NCBI GenBank assembly: GCA_049325335.1
Contig: JBMOMC010000001.1
Span: forward strand, 32,001-96,000
Source of the DNA: Nitrospirota bacterium
GTDB lineage: Bacteria > Nitrospirota > Nitrospiria > 2-01-FULL-66-17
Reading direction: 5' to 3'
DNA: 64,000 bases
Part shown: positions 29,495 through 38,481 of the stretch, in pieces
Numbering within the stretch: position 1 is the first letter of the stretch
Layout of the letters: the number at the start of each line of letters is the position of its first letter
Notes under the pieces: model-generated
Databases searched by the model: none
Seen by the model: only the letters and a program-made list of their open reading frames with translations
Told to the model about the DNA's origin: nothing
Position numbers and translations under genes: made by a program

Positions 29495-30183
29495 CCACGC
29501 TGCTGACCGTCGCGTTGCTCCTCGCCGTAACGTGGCCCGGTCCGTCCGCGGCCGCTGACGCGTACGACGCGGTGCTCAACAGCCCCCACAACTTCTTCGC
29601 GCGTTCCGAGTTTCCCGTCGGCCGTCGGGTCTGCACCGGGTGTCACGCCGACGAGCCGGCGCCGATGACTCCGGACGCCGCGCCGCCAGCCGAGAACGAG
29701 ATCGCCCCGGCAGGGGACGCGTTGCCCCCACCCCTGTGGCAACGCGAGGCCGCAGCCTATACGGTCTCGGCGGTTCGATCGACCGACGCGTCGAACGCCT
29801 GTTTGGGGTGTCACGACGGCGTGCTGGGCGGGGAAATCCACCAGACCGTCGCGCGCGGCGCCAAATCGTTCGACCACCCCAATAACGTGGTGTACCCGCG
29901 TCGCGCCAACGGCCAGTTCGTGCCGGAGCGGCCCACAGTCAACGTGTATCGGTATTGGTCGATTCCTGATCTGCGCGACGGCGCGTTGGTGTTGCCCACC
30001 GGGCCGACATCGACCCGCCTCACGTTGCCGGCGGCGGACCAGACGAGTTCCGGCGCGCGATTGGTCCGCACCTCGCAGGGCATGGTCCAGTGCGACAGCT
30101 GCCACGACCCGCACGATAACGCGAGCGCGCCGTTCCTGCGCGCGCCCGCCCAGGATCTCTGCTTCATCTGTCACGACCGCTGA
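29491..30183 (+). CDS. Secreted tetraheme c-type cytochrome (doubled CXXCH family)
   Basis: Signal peptide; [23 protein letters not shown]. Confidence 0.88.
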   Translation: MTTLLTVALLLAVTWPGPSAAADAYDAVLNSPHNFFARSEFPVGRRVCTGCHADEPAPMTPDAAPPAENEIAPAGDALPPPLWQREAAAYTVSAVRSTDASNACLGCHDGVLGGEIHQTVARGAKSFDHPNNVVYPRRANGQFVPERPTVNVYRYWSIPDLRDGALVLPTGPTSTRLTLPAADQTSSGARLVRTSQGMVQCDSCHDPHDNASAPFLRAPAQDLCFICHDR

Positions 30184-30287
30184 CAGACCCGCGCTCGCGT
30201 CCTCCCGACGCGAGTTCACCCCGACCCGACGTTCAGATCTCGGCGGACACCAGGGTCCGCCGACCGCTTATTCCGTTCGCCCTGGCC

Positions 30288-32810
30288 ATGGGGATCGGCA
30301 TCGCGCTGGGGACGGTCGCCGACCGGTTTCCTCTCAGCGCCCTCCTGACGGCGCTCATCGTCATCGCCGTCACCGCGTTCGGTCGCCGCTGGCTGCCCCG
30401 CGCCCTCTCGTTTGGTCCGAAACATTGGCTGATCCTCTTGGCCGCCGCGGCCTACACGATCGCCACCCCGCCCCCCGCCCAGGATCCCAGGCTGCTCGGT
30501 GAACCGGTCGCGGTGGAGGCGGTTCTGGACGAGCCGATCCGTCACATGCCCGACTGGAACTCCGGCACCGCATCAAACCTCCGGCTCTCGGGCAAGACAC
30601 CGGCCGACGTGCCGGGACGGATCAAACTCTCCGGCCCGCCGGAGGCGTTCTTGGGGCTTCGGTACGGCGATCGCGTGCAACTCACCGCCCAGTTCCGTCC
30701 CCCGCGCGGCTTTCGCAACCCCGGGCTCTTTGACTACGGCCGTTGGTTGGAACAACGCGGCATCGTGGCGACCGCCACGGTCAAACCCGGCGTCATCAAA
30801 CGCATCGGGCACGTCCCGTCGCCCCTGCTCGATCCCATCTACGACTGGCGGGAACGGATCCGCGTCGCGGCGATCACCTCCTTGCCGCCGGCAACCGCGC
30901 CGATCTTTCTTGCCATGGTCACCGGAGAAACCGGCTACCTGACGTCGGAACTGCGCGAACGATTCATGGCGTCGGGCACGGTCCACCTCTTGTCCATCTC
31001 CGGGTCGCATCTCGGCCTCATCGCGCTGATCATCTTCGCCGTGGTGCGGCTGGCCGTGCTCCGGTTGCCGGAGCGACTCTTATTGCGCGTGACCATGCGC
31101 GTCATCCCCTCGCAGATCGCCGCGGCGGTCACCGTGGTTCCGGTGACCTTCTATGCATTGCTCGCGGGCGGCCAGATCGCCACCATGCGGTCGCTACTCA
31201 TGATCCTGGTGTACCTGTTCGCCGTGCTCATCCACCGCCACGGCGATCTGTTGAACCTGCTGGCGTTCGCGGCGATCGCCCTGCTCGCGTGGGATCCCCA
31301 CGCGCTGGCCGACGTGTCGTTTCAACTCTCGTTCCTGTCGGTCTGGTGCATCGCCGTGGCGCTGGAGTGGTCATCCGCCCACGAGCCCGCGCCGGAAGAA
31401 TCCGATGCGACCCGCCGCCGACAGCGCCTGCGGTCCACGGTCGCCGCGCTTTTGATCACCTCGCTGGCCGCGGGCGTGGGCACCGCGCCCTTGGTGGCTT
31501 ATCATTTCCAACAGGTCAACTGGGTCGGCGCCATCGCCAACCCCGTCATCATTCCCTTGGCCGGCGCATTGGTGGTCCCGCTCGGCCTGGTCTCCGGCGT
31601 GGCCGCGGCGGTGGCCGCGTCACCCACCCTACCCCTTGCGGAGTGGAATGCGGCGGTGTTGGACCTCTTGCTCCGCGCGGTGGACTTCTTTGCGTCCTGG
31701 CCGCTGGCGACCATCCACGTCGCCGCGCCGTCGATCGCGGTGTTGGCCGCGTGGTACCTCATCATGTCGATGCTGGTGGATCGACGCGTCAAACCCTGGA
31801 AGCGGGGACTGGCCGGCGGTCTGCTAATACTCCTCGCGGTTCCCGCGCTGGTCGGCACACCGAGCTGGATGTCGTCCGCCAAACTCGAAGTCACGTTCCT
31901 CGACGTGGGACAGGGCGACAGTGCGGTGGTGCGATTTCCCTCCGGACGGATCATGGTCGTGGACGGAGGCAAGCGGTTTCACGAGCTGGATGCCGGGCGC
32001 CTCGTGTTAGCCCCCACGCTGTGGAATCAGGGCGCGCGGCGGATCGACTACCTCGTGGCCACGCACCCGCAGCTTGACCACATCGGCGGGCTGGCGTTCG
32101 TGGCGGATCGCTTTCCGATCGGCGAGGCCTGGATCAACGGCCGCCGACCCGACACCCGGGCGGCCCAGGCGTTCGACGCGGCCCTCACCGGACGCGGCGT
32201 GCCGACGTCCGTTGTTCCCCGCGCACAACCCCTCTGGATCGACGCGGTCCGCGTCTGGCGCGTGAATCCCTTGGCCGAGGCGCCGTTCACCCCGTTGCCC
32301 CATCGCGCGAGCGACAATGATCGGTCGATCGTCGTGCGCGTGGAATACGGCCGCGCCTCATTTCTGTTGACCGGCGACGTGGAATCCGAGGGCGAGCGCC
32401 TCATGGCGGCCGCTGACCCGCGGTGGCATCTGCTGCGCAGCACCGTGTTGAAGATCCCCCACCACGGCAGCCGGGGCGCGCTAGACCCCGACTTCCTCCG
32501 GGCGGTGGCGCCCAAAGTTGGCGTGATCTCGGTCGGCGCCACGAACACCTACGGTCACCCAGACCCGAAAACGCTCAAAGCGTATTCGCGCCTCAAGACC
32601 GCGCTGTTTCGAACCGACGTGGACGGCGCGATCACGATGGTCACCGACGGCACGCGGCTCCACGTGTTCCGCTACGAAGATCTGACCGCGGCGAACGTGG
32701 CCTGGGACCGCGGCATGGCGGAGGCGGAATGGCGCAACATCCGCACCGCGCTCGGTTCACCGACTCCGGCGTTGTCGCTGGATCTGACGAAGACCGAACC
32801 GCCGCTGTAG
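30288..32810 (+). CDS. comEC: DNA uptake protein ComEC/Rec2 (true start probably upstream)
   Basis: OB domain (RNPG.FDY), HLLSISGSH, SFQLSF, beta-lactamase domain (DVGQGD, THPQLDH, PHHGS, YGHP). Confidence 0.95.
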   Translation: MGIGIALGTVADRFPLSALLTALIVIAVTAFGRRWLPRALSFGPKHWLILLAAAAYTIATPPPAQDPRLLGEPVAVEAVLDEPIRHMPDWNSGTASNLRLSGKTPADVPGRIKLSGPPEAFLGLRYGDRVQLTAQFRPPRGFRNPGLFDYGRWLEQRGIVATATVKPGVIKRIGHVPSPLLDPIYDWRERIRVAAITSLPPATAPIFLAMVTGETGYLTSELRERFMASGTVHLLSISGSHLGLIALIIFAVVRLAVLRLPERLLLRVTMRVIPSQIAAAVTVVPVTFYALLAGGQIATMRSLLMILVYLFAVLIHRHGDLLNLLAFAAIALLAWDPHALADVSFQLSFLSVWCIAVALEWSSAHEPAPEESDATRRRQRLRSTVAALLITSLAAGVGTAPLVAYHFQQVNWVGAIANPVIIPLAGALVVPLGLVSGVAAAVAASPTLPLAEWNAAVLDLLLRAVDFFASWPLATIHVAAPSIAVLAAWYLIMSMLVDRRVKPWKRGLAGGLLILLAVPALVGTPSWMSSAKLEVTFLDVGQGDSAVVRFPSGRIMVVDGGKRFHELDAGRLVLAPTLWNQGARRIDYLVATHPQLDHIGGLAFVADRFPIGEAWINGRRPDTRAAQAFDAALTGRGVPTSVVPRAQPLWIDAVRVWRVNPLAEAPFTPLPHRASDNDRSIVVRVEYGRASFLLTGDVESEGERLMAAADPRWHLLRSTVLKIPHHGSRGALDPDFLRAVAPKVGVISVGATNTYGHPDPKTLKAYSRLKTALFRTDVDGAITMVTDGTRLHVFRYEDLTAANVAWDRGMAEAEWRNIRTALGSPTPALSLDLTKTEPPL

Positions 32811-32845
32811 GTCGGGGCACGGCATGTCTTGCCCCGACAGATGTG

Positions 32846-33628
32846 TTACCGGGGCTGGGACTGGTAGATCTTCAGCGCCTCGGGCATCCAGCCCTCGATC
32901 CGCGCGATGCGGGTCCGATCGCTGGGGTGGGTGGAGAGGAACTCCGGCGGCGCGCCGTCCTTGCCTTGCTCCATGCGCGTCCAAAATTCGATGGACTGGC
33001 GCGGGTCGTAGCCGGCCTTGGCCATCAACAACAAACCGATTTCATCGGCTTCGGACTCCTGGTGTCGGCTGAACGGCAGGAGTACGCCCACCCCGCTGCC
33101 GATGCCGAACGCTTGTTCGACCTGTTTCTCGGTCTCCGGATTCCCGCCGCCGAAGATGATCCCCGCGGTCTTGCCGGCGACATCAGCCAACTGCCCCGTG
33201 GACATCCGCTCCGCGCCGTGACGCGCCAGCGCGTGCGCGATCTCGTGCCCCATCACCACGGCTAAGCCCGCCTCGTCTTTGGTGAACGGTAGAATGCCGG
33301 TGTAGACCACCACCTTGCCGCCTGGCAGGCAGAACGCGTTGGGCGTCTTGTCCTCAACCAGGTTGAACTCCCATTGATAGTTTGGTCGATCCGCCGCCTT
33401 GGCGATCCGGTCGCCCACACGCCGAACCATCGCGGCCGCCGCGACGTCGGCGCTGAGTGTGGATGACTTGAGGGTTTTCTTATACGCCTCCGCGCCGAGA
33501 CCCAGTTCTTGCTCGTCGGAGATCAGAATCAATTGATGTCGCCCCGTGAGCGGGACGGTTTGGCAGGCGGCCAACAATAGCGCCAACGCGCACGCCACGG
33601 TCACCCACCAGCGGTCGATCGCGGTCAT
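32846..33628 (-). CDS. M48-family Zn metallopeptidase lipoprotein
   Basis: Lipobox LAAC, PNAFCLPGG, HEIAH, ESEAD, FLSTHP; GGAG RBS before the ATG at 33628. Confidence 0.95.
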   Translation of the reverse strand: MTAIDRWWVTVACALALLLAACQTVPLTGRHQLILISDEQELGLGAEAYKKTLKSSTLSADVAAAAMVRRVGDRIAKAADRPNYQWEFNLVEDKTPNAFCLPGGKVVVYTGILPFTKDEAGLAVVMGHEIAHALARHGAERMSTGQLADVAGKTAGIIFGGGNPETEKQVEQAFGIGSGVGVLLPFSRHQESEADEIGLLLMAKAGYDPRQSIEFWTRMEQGKDGAPPEFLSTHPSDRTRIARIEGWMPEALKIYQSQPR

Positions 33629-33727
33629 ACCCGACTCCATTCGGTTGGCGGATTATGGCACAGGGGGATGGATCGTCTCAACCCCAAGGCGCAGGAATCC
33701 TGCGTCAACGACGGACCGCTGCGAGAG
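33573..33727. repeat. Direct repeat copy 1 (M48 5' end + promoter + degenerate relE 3' end)
   Basis: Core CACGCCACGGTCACCCACCAGCGGTCGAT...GGATTATGGCACAGGGGGATGG is near-identical to 36074-36230. Confidence 0.92.
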
Positions 33728-33765
33728 GGACGGCAAACTGTCCAGTCAATGACCGGACCATCGCG

Positions 33766-34208
33766 TTACCCCGGAATCTCAGATTCGACCAGGTGCACAA
33801 GCAGAGAGAGAGATTCTTGCCAGCCGAACACGCCTCCGGTGAAATGGCGCCGGGTATGCCTTCGTGCACGATGTGCACCTCGGTTCCGCAGAACACCTTC
33901 TTCAACGAGGCCGTTGTCTGCAGTTCCCCGGGCATGTTCGGATCATCGAATGCGTCCGTGTGACGAATGCGTTCATTGGGTATCAATTCAAGATAGGTTC
34001 CACCGAACGAATGGCTGTGGCCGGTCGTGAAGTTGGTGAACGACATCTTGTAGGTTCCGACGACTTTGGCCTCGAGATGATGAACTCTTCCCGTGAAGCC
34101 GTTCGGAGGAAGCCATTTGGTCATGGCGTCGGCATCAAGGAACGCCCGATAAATTCTCTCCGGCGTCGCACGAAGAACTCGGTGGAGACGGATGGTGTTC
34201 GTAGGCAT
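33766..34208 (-). pseudogene. SRPBCC/AHSA1-family protein, frameshifted near the C-terminus
   Basis: MPTNTIRLHRVLRATPERIYRAFLD...; after ISPEAC the expected GWQESL...VESEIPG* continues in another frame (shift near 33825). Confidence 0.75.
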
Positions 34209-34228
34209 GATTACCACTCCTTTCGATG

Positions 34229-34837
34229 TCACCCTGGCCGTTTGAAACCTTTGCGTGCGCGCTCAACTTTGGCTCTGATCACACAATCCGCGACATGATC
34301 GTTGATCAGCCCCATGGCTTGCATGAAGGCATACACCGTGGTGGGACCGACGAATTTCCAGCCCAGTTTTTTCAGATCTTTCGACAACGCCAGCGATTCC
34401 GCCGAGGTCGAGACGGTCTGCGGTTCCGGAAGTTGTTTCATGTCAGGTTCGTAACGCCAGATGAAGGCGGCCAGCGAGCCTTCCCGTTTGACGAGTTCCC
34501 GGGTCTGCCGAGCATTATTGACGACGGCCTCGATCTTGCCGCGGTGGCGGACGATCCCTTCGTCTTTGAGCAGACGATCGAGGTCGCGCTGGGTGAAGCG
34601 CGCAATCCTGTCAAAATCGAGATCATGGAAGGCGGCGCGGAAATTCTCGCGCTTGGCGAGGATGGTGCGCCAACTCAGTCCGGATTGAAAACCCTCCAGA
34701 CTCAATTTCTCGAACAAACGATGATCATCGCTGACCGGAACCCCCCATTCAGCGTCATGATAGGCGAGAAACTCCGGTGCGGCACCGCACCAGCGGCAAC
34801 GTGACTTGCCGTCGGGACCGACGATCGTCGCGCTCAT
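34229..34837 (-). CDS. tag: DNA-3-methyladenine glycosylase I
   Basis: RC.W, YHD.EWG, LEGFQSGLSW, FVGPTT.YAFMQAMG..NDH...C. Confidence 0.95.
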   Translation of the reverse strand: MSATIVGPDGKSRCRWCGAAPEFLAYHDAEWGVPVSDDHRLFEKLSLEGFQSGLSWRTILAKRENFRAAFHDLDFDRIARFTQRDLDRLLKDEGIVRHRGKIEAVVNNARQTRELVKREGSLAAFIWRYEPDMKQLPEPQTVSTSAESLALSKDLKKLGWKFVGPTTVYAFMQAMGLINDHVADCVIRAKVERARKGFKRPG

Positions 34838-34866
34838 GTGCTTGCTGTCCTCGGCTTGAAAGTGAC

Positions 34867-35152
34867 TCAGCTGAGCAGAAACTTCAGTCGTTTATCGGCT
34901 TTTGACGGCGTGATTTCAAGAATTTCCGCGCTGACCACATTTTCCGCGTCAAACGGATCGTCGCTCACCCTGTGTTGAAGATCTGACAGCGACGTATTGT
35001 GTACCGTAATCCCACCGCCCGAATGAGGCTCAAGACTACCGACCAACAAAAATACGCCGTCGTCAAAACCCCGTTTGATCCATTCTTGGTGGCCTTCCAT
35101 GAATTGGTCCGCTTGGCCTTTTGCCAGAAAATTTCAGAAGTGCGATAAACCT
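34867..35152 (-). pseudogene. YciI-like protein with a damaged 5' end
   Basis: GHQEW..RGFDDGVFLL.GS...DDPF; upstream FIALLKFS is out of frame and preceded by AGG instead of ATG. Confidence 0.6.
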
Positions 35153-35157
35153 AGGAT

Positions 35158-35437
35158 TTATTCTCCGATCAAATTTGAAGGCGCGCCCGCGTCATCATTC
35201 TGGTACGGCCCATCGAACGCGGAGAGGTCCACGTCGTGATCGATGAGATCGTTGAGGGTGTACTCGAAGATACCTGGGAGGAGATGGCGATCGAGGGGGG
35301 CGTGCGAGCAACTGACCTTGCTCGTAGGAGTAGTCCTTGCGTATCGCCATCCGAACCTTCTTCGCCGCCTGAGCGGTCTGCGGGGGGGCACTAGCCAGAT
35401 GCGGTATTATAGCGGATTATAGACTCTTTCTACAGAC
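35158..35437 (-). mobile_element. IS1182-like remnant (left end + frameshifted transposase N-terminus)
   Basis: MAIRKDYSYEQGQLL / LDRHLLPGIFEYTLNDLIDHDVDLSAFD..Y.ND..GAP; terminus GTCTGTAGAAAGAGTCT. Confidence 0.7.
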
Positions 35438-35451
35438 GCAAGGCTTAGGCA

Positions 35452-35916
35452 CTACTCGCCTCCTTGTTGGCTTTGCCTCTCCTTGAGAAGCCAATAAGTT
35501 GCTCCCAAGGCCAGTGTGGCGGCCGCGAGGCCAAATACCTGACCCTCAGTGACTGTATGCAAATCCAAAATTATAAACTTTCGCGCAAGGGCCAAAAGAG
35601 CAATAAGCAGCACAACAGAAGTTTGGATGAAGCTCTGCTGACGCGTGACCACGTACTGCAGCGTGTGGTTGAACTCCAACGCAATCAGGAGAGTCATGAT
35701 TTCGCCAAAGACGGTCTGAAATACATCGTGATCCAACGGGTCAAGGGCACCCAGAATGAGGCCGGAGACCACCGTAAAGGTGAGTCGGAAGAGCGCCACT
35801 ACGACAATTAGCCCGATGATCAGAGTCAAGATCAGGGCGACAACGCCCTCGAACTTCTGGTAGTAGGTCAGGAGCGGCCAGTCATCCTGCAGACGCCTGA
35901 ATCCAGATAATGACAT
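35452..35916 (-). CDS. PsiE-family (phosphate-starvation-inducible E) membrane protein, cassette-like
   Basis: Four TM segments; FGEIMTLLIALEF, IALLALARKFIILD. Confidence 0.85.
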   Translation of the reverse strand: MSLSGFRRLQDDWPLLTYYQKFEGVVALILTLIIGLIVVVALFRLTFTVVSGLILGALDPLDHDVFQTVFGEIMTLLIALEFNHTLQYVVTRQQSFIQTSVVLLIALLALARKFIILDLHTVTEGQVFGLAAATLALGATYWLLKERQSQQGGE

Positions 35917-35942
35917 GGTGATCTTCCCCTCTCGCCTGCGGT

Positions 35943-35982
35943 GCCTTACTACAATTCGACATCCGACTTATTTCGACAATCC
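35943..35982 (-). other. attI-like site no. 2
   Basis: 33-nt body matches 39301-39333 at 29/33 positions; ends in degenerate core GTAAGGC just before the psiE RBS. Confidence 0.55.
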
Positions 35983-36073
35983 AAGTGAAAAACAGGGTCA
36001 GAGTGCTTTTTCACGTCGTGCTGGATTCCGCCCTACCTAAAAAAAGTACCCTGAGCCACCCCAGTTTCTCCCA

Positions 36074-36230
36074 AACAACAACGCCGCCGCACACGCCACG
36101 GTCACCCACCAGCGGTCGATTGCGGTCATACCCGACTCCATTCGGTCAGCGGATTATGGCACAGGGGGATGGTTCGGCTCAAGCCCGAGACGGCGAAATC
36201 TCGCGTCAACGATAGACCGCGTTGCGATGA
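36074..36230. repeat. Direct repeat copy 2 (truncated M48 5' end + promoter + relE 3' end)
   Basis: Encodes MTAIDRWWVTVACAAALL and then diverges; keeps TTGAGC-18-CATAAT. Confidence 0.92.
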
Positions 36231-36459
36231 GCGGCCGATGCGATCTCGACCCTTCGTTCGGCGTCGTCGATGACGTACAACATCCGATAATCACCCACTC
36301 GGACTCTATACCCTTCACGGCCTTGGAGTTTCTTCCCCGTCACGGGGCGCGGATTGAATTTCAAAGAAAGGAGCTGATCGACAACCTTGTCGTGGATTCT
36401 TCGAGGAAGTGTGTCGCGTCTTTTTCCGCCGTTCGCTTGAGAACAACGGCGTACGGCAT
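36206..36459 (-). pseudogene. RelE/StbE-type toxin, frameshifted
   Basis: MPYAVVLKRTAEKD / LPRRIHDKV..NPRP..GKKLQGREGYRVRVGDYRMLY.IDD....V....HR..VYR*. Confidence 0.8.
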
Positions 36460-36668
36460 TAACGCGTCTTTCGAGGCCGGTGAGCGAGGGAGTCGTCGAG
36501 CAAGTGGGACCGCTCCTTCACCTGCTGATCGAGACTCGCCAGATCAATCAGGTCCTCTCGGAACTCCCGATCCGCGAGCATGCGTTCCATAGTCGCGGCG
36601 CGCTCCTTCTTAGACAGTGTGCGGAACGCGGTCTAAACAACCTCGGCGGTTGCGTCAACGGCAGTCAT
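36459..36668 (-). pseudogene. Cognate antitoxin with an internal TAG at codon 12
   Basis: MTAVDATAEVV*TAFRTLSKKERAA..RML.DREFREDLID...; TAATG overlap with the toxin start. Confidence 0.7.
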
Positions 36669-36879
36669 CGTCGTCATCCCGATTTTGTAAGAACCTCGCG
36701 GCCCACGGTCGGATTCCCGACGAACGGCACGATGTCCCACACACCTCGGACCGGATGGACACGGAGTGTCGCAACTCTCTAGCCCCATCCCGGTCGGCCC
36801 CGCTGCGTTCAGACTTCGACGTGGTGTCGCCTGTACAACCGCACGGCGACGAGAAACTACGCTCCGACCCCAATTTTCT

Positions 36880-37998
36880 TTACACCACCGCGACCTTCAC
36901 GCAGTGGATCGGCGGAAGCGAGTCGAACAGGCAGCCCCACTCCTCGCCGCCGTCTCGCCCCATCCAGAGCTGGCCGGTCGTGGTCCCGAAGTAGAGCGCG
37001 GGCGACTTGAGCTCGTCGATATCCATCGCGTCGCGCTGGACCGTGAAGAAGCTCTCTTTCTTGGGCAACCCCTTGGCGAGCCGCTTCCACGAGGCACCGC
37101 CATCCTCGCTGCGCCAGACCGCTGGTGCGCCGCTGGGACAGGTGCGCGTCGCCGGCTCGAGCGGCAGCACGTAGACCGTGTCGGCGTCGTGCGGGTGCAC
37201 CACGATCGGAAAGCCGAAGTCGGAGGGCAGCCCCTTGGCGATCGAGCGCCACGTCTTGCCGTAGTCGTCGCTGCGCAGGACCCCGATGTCCGGGCGCGGC
37301 CCACCGGGCCCATCCCACTCGGCCCAGCCGCCGTGGTTCTGCATGTAGAGCCGACCGGGCGCGTCCTTGTGGCGCGCGATCTTGTGCACGCACTGGCCAA
37401 ACTCGGGATAGGGATCAGGCGCGAAGCCGGCGCCGACGCCCTGGTTGGATGCCGTGAACGTCGTACCGCCGTCCTCGCTCAGGTAGTGGCCGCCGGTCGA
37501 AATGCCGAGGTGCACCCGATCCCCGTCGCGCAAGATCGTGTGCATGCAGAGCCCGCCGTTCCCGGGCTGCCACTTGCGGGCGTGGTCGTGGTTGCTGATG
37601 CCGGGAACCATCTCCCAGGAATCGCCGGCGTCGCTGCTCGTAAAGAGTGACGCCGGCTCGGTGCCGCACCACAGATCCTTCTTGTTGTCGCCCGCTTCGA
37701 GCGACCAAATGTTGGCGAGCGCGCGCCCGTCCTCCTTCGGAAAGGCGGGCGCCGACTTCGTCTCCTTGAACGTCTTCCCGAGATTGGTCGAGCGCAACAC
37801 CTTCATGCCGAAGAAGGGGTTGCAGCTCGAGGCGTAGAGGCGCGGTGTGCCGCGCGTGTCGATCAGCGCGGCGTAGACGGCCACCCCTGATCCGAACGGC
37901 CCACGCAGAGCGAACCGGCCCCGGGTCTTCGCCGACTCGGCGACGAACAGGCCCTTCTTGGTCCCGATGCAGAGAATGACGCGTTCCGACATGGTCAA
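36880..37998 (-). CDS. BNR/Asp-box beta-propeller (sialidase/VPS10-like) protein
   Basis: IGTKKGLF and repeated SxDxGxxW Asp-boxes. Confidence 0.88.
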   Translation of the reverse strand: MTMSERVILCIGTKKGLFVAESAKTRGRFALRGPFGSGVAVYAALIDTRGTPRLYASSCNPFFGMKVLRSTNLGKTFKETKSAPAFPKEDGRALANIWSLEAGDNKKDLWCGTEPASLFTSSDAGDSWEMVPGISNHDHARKWQPGNGGLCMHTILRDGDRVHLGISTGGHYLSEDGGTTFTASNQGVGAGFAPDPYPEFGQCVHKIARHKDAPGRLYMQNHGGWAEWDGPGGPRPDIGVLRSDDYGKTWRSIAKGLPSDFGFPIVVHPHDADTVYVLPLEPATRTCPSGAPAVWRSEDGGASWKRLAKGLPKKESFFTVQRDAMDIDELKSPALYFGTTTGQLWMGRDGGEEWGCLFDSLPPIHCVKVAVV

Positions 37999-38270
37999 CC
38001 TCCTGAGATCGCGGGTAGTATCATGATAACGTCCCCTGGCGCCAACGCCGTATCGAGCCCTTCTAAGTCGCGCACGTGCGACGTGTTCACGAACAAGTTG
38101 ACGTGGCGCCGCACCGTCCCCGTCTCGTCGCAGACGCTCCGGTACAGCGATACGTGGCTCCGCTCGAGTTGCTCAAGAGCGGCACGCACGCTCGGGGCCG
38201 ACAGAACAAGCTCCGAGGCGCCCTCGCAGTAGGCACGCAGCGCCCCTGGAACATAGATCGTGATGGTCAT
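37995..38270 (-). CDS. MoaD/ThiS-family ubiquitin-like protein
   Basis: VNLFVN, LAPGD, C-terminal PAISGG. Confidence 0.9.
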   Translation of the reverse strand: MTITIYVPGALRAYCEGASELVLSAPSVRAALEQLERSHVSLYRSVCDETGTVRRHVNLFVNTSHVRDLEGLDTALAPGDVIMILPAISGG

Positions 38271-38420
38271 AGCTCGATCCATCGCGGAACAAAGCGCCGC
38301 CCGCTGACGGCGCTGCGGTCAATCGAGCAAAATGCCGCCATCCTCACGAATCAGACACCTTCCATATGTTCCAAGGGGGCATTGCCTTTCGAACGCTCGA
38401 CACTGAGCCGCCACGCATAG

Positions 38421-38481
38421 ACAGAACGAGCGAAGCTAGTGGCCCTGCTGTCGAGAGGTCGGGTCCAGTGTGTTGTTATGC
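38421..38481 (-). other. Degenerate attC-like site
   Basis: Inverse core GCATAAC overlaps the stop, then a 5-nt spacer and L''-like ACTGGACC; the right half pairs poorly. Confidence 0.5.
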
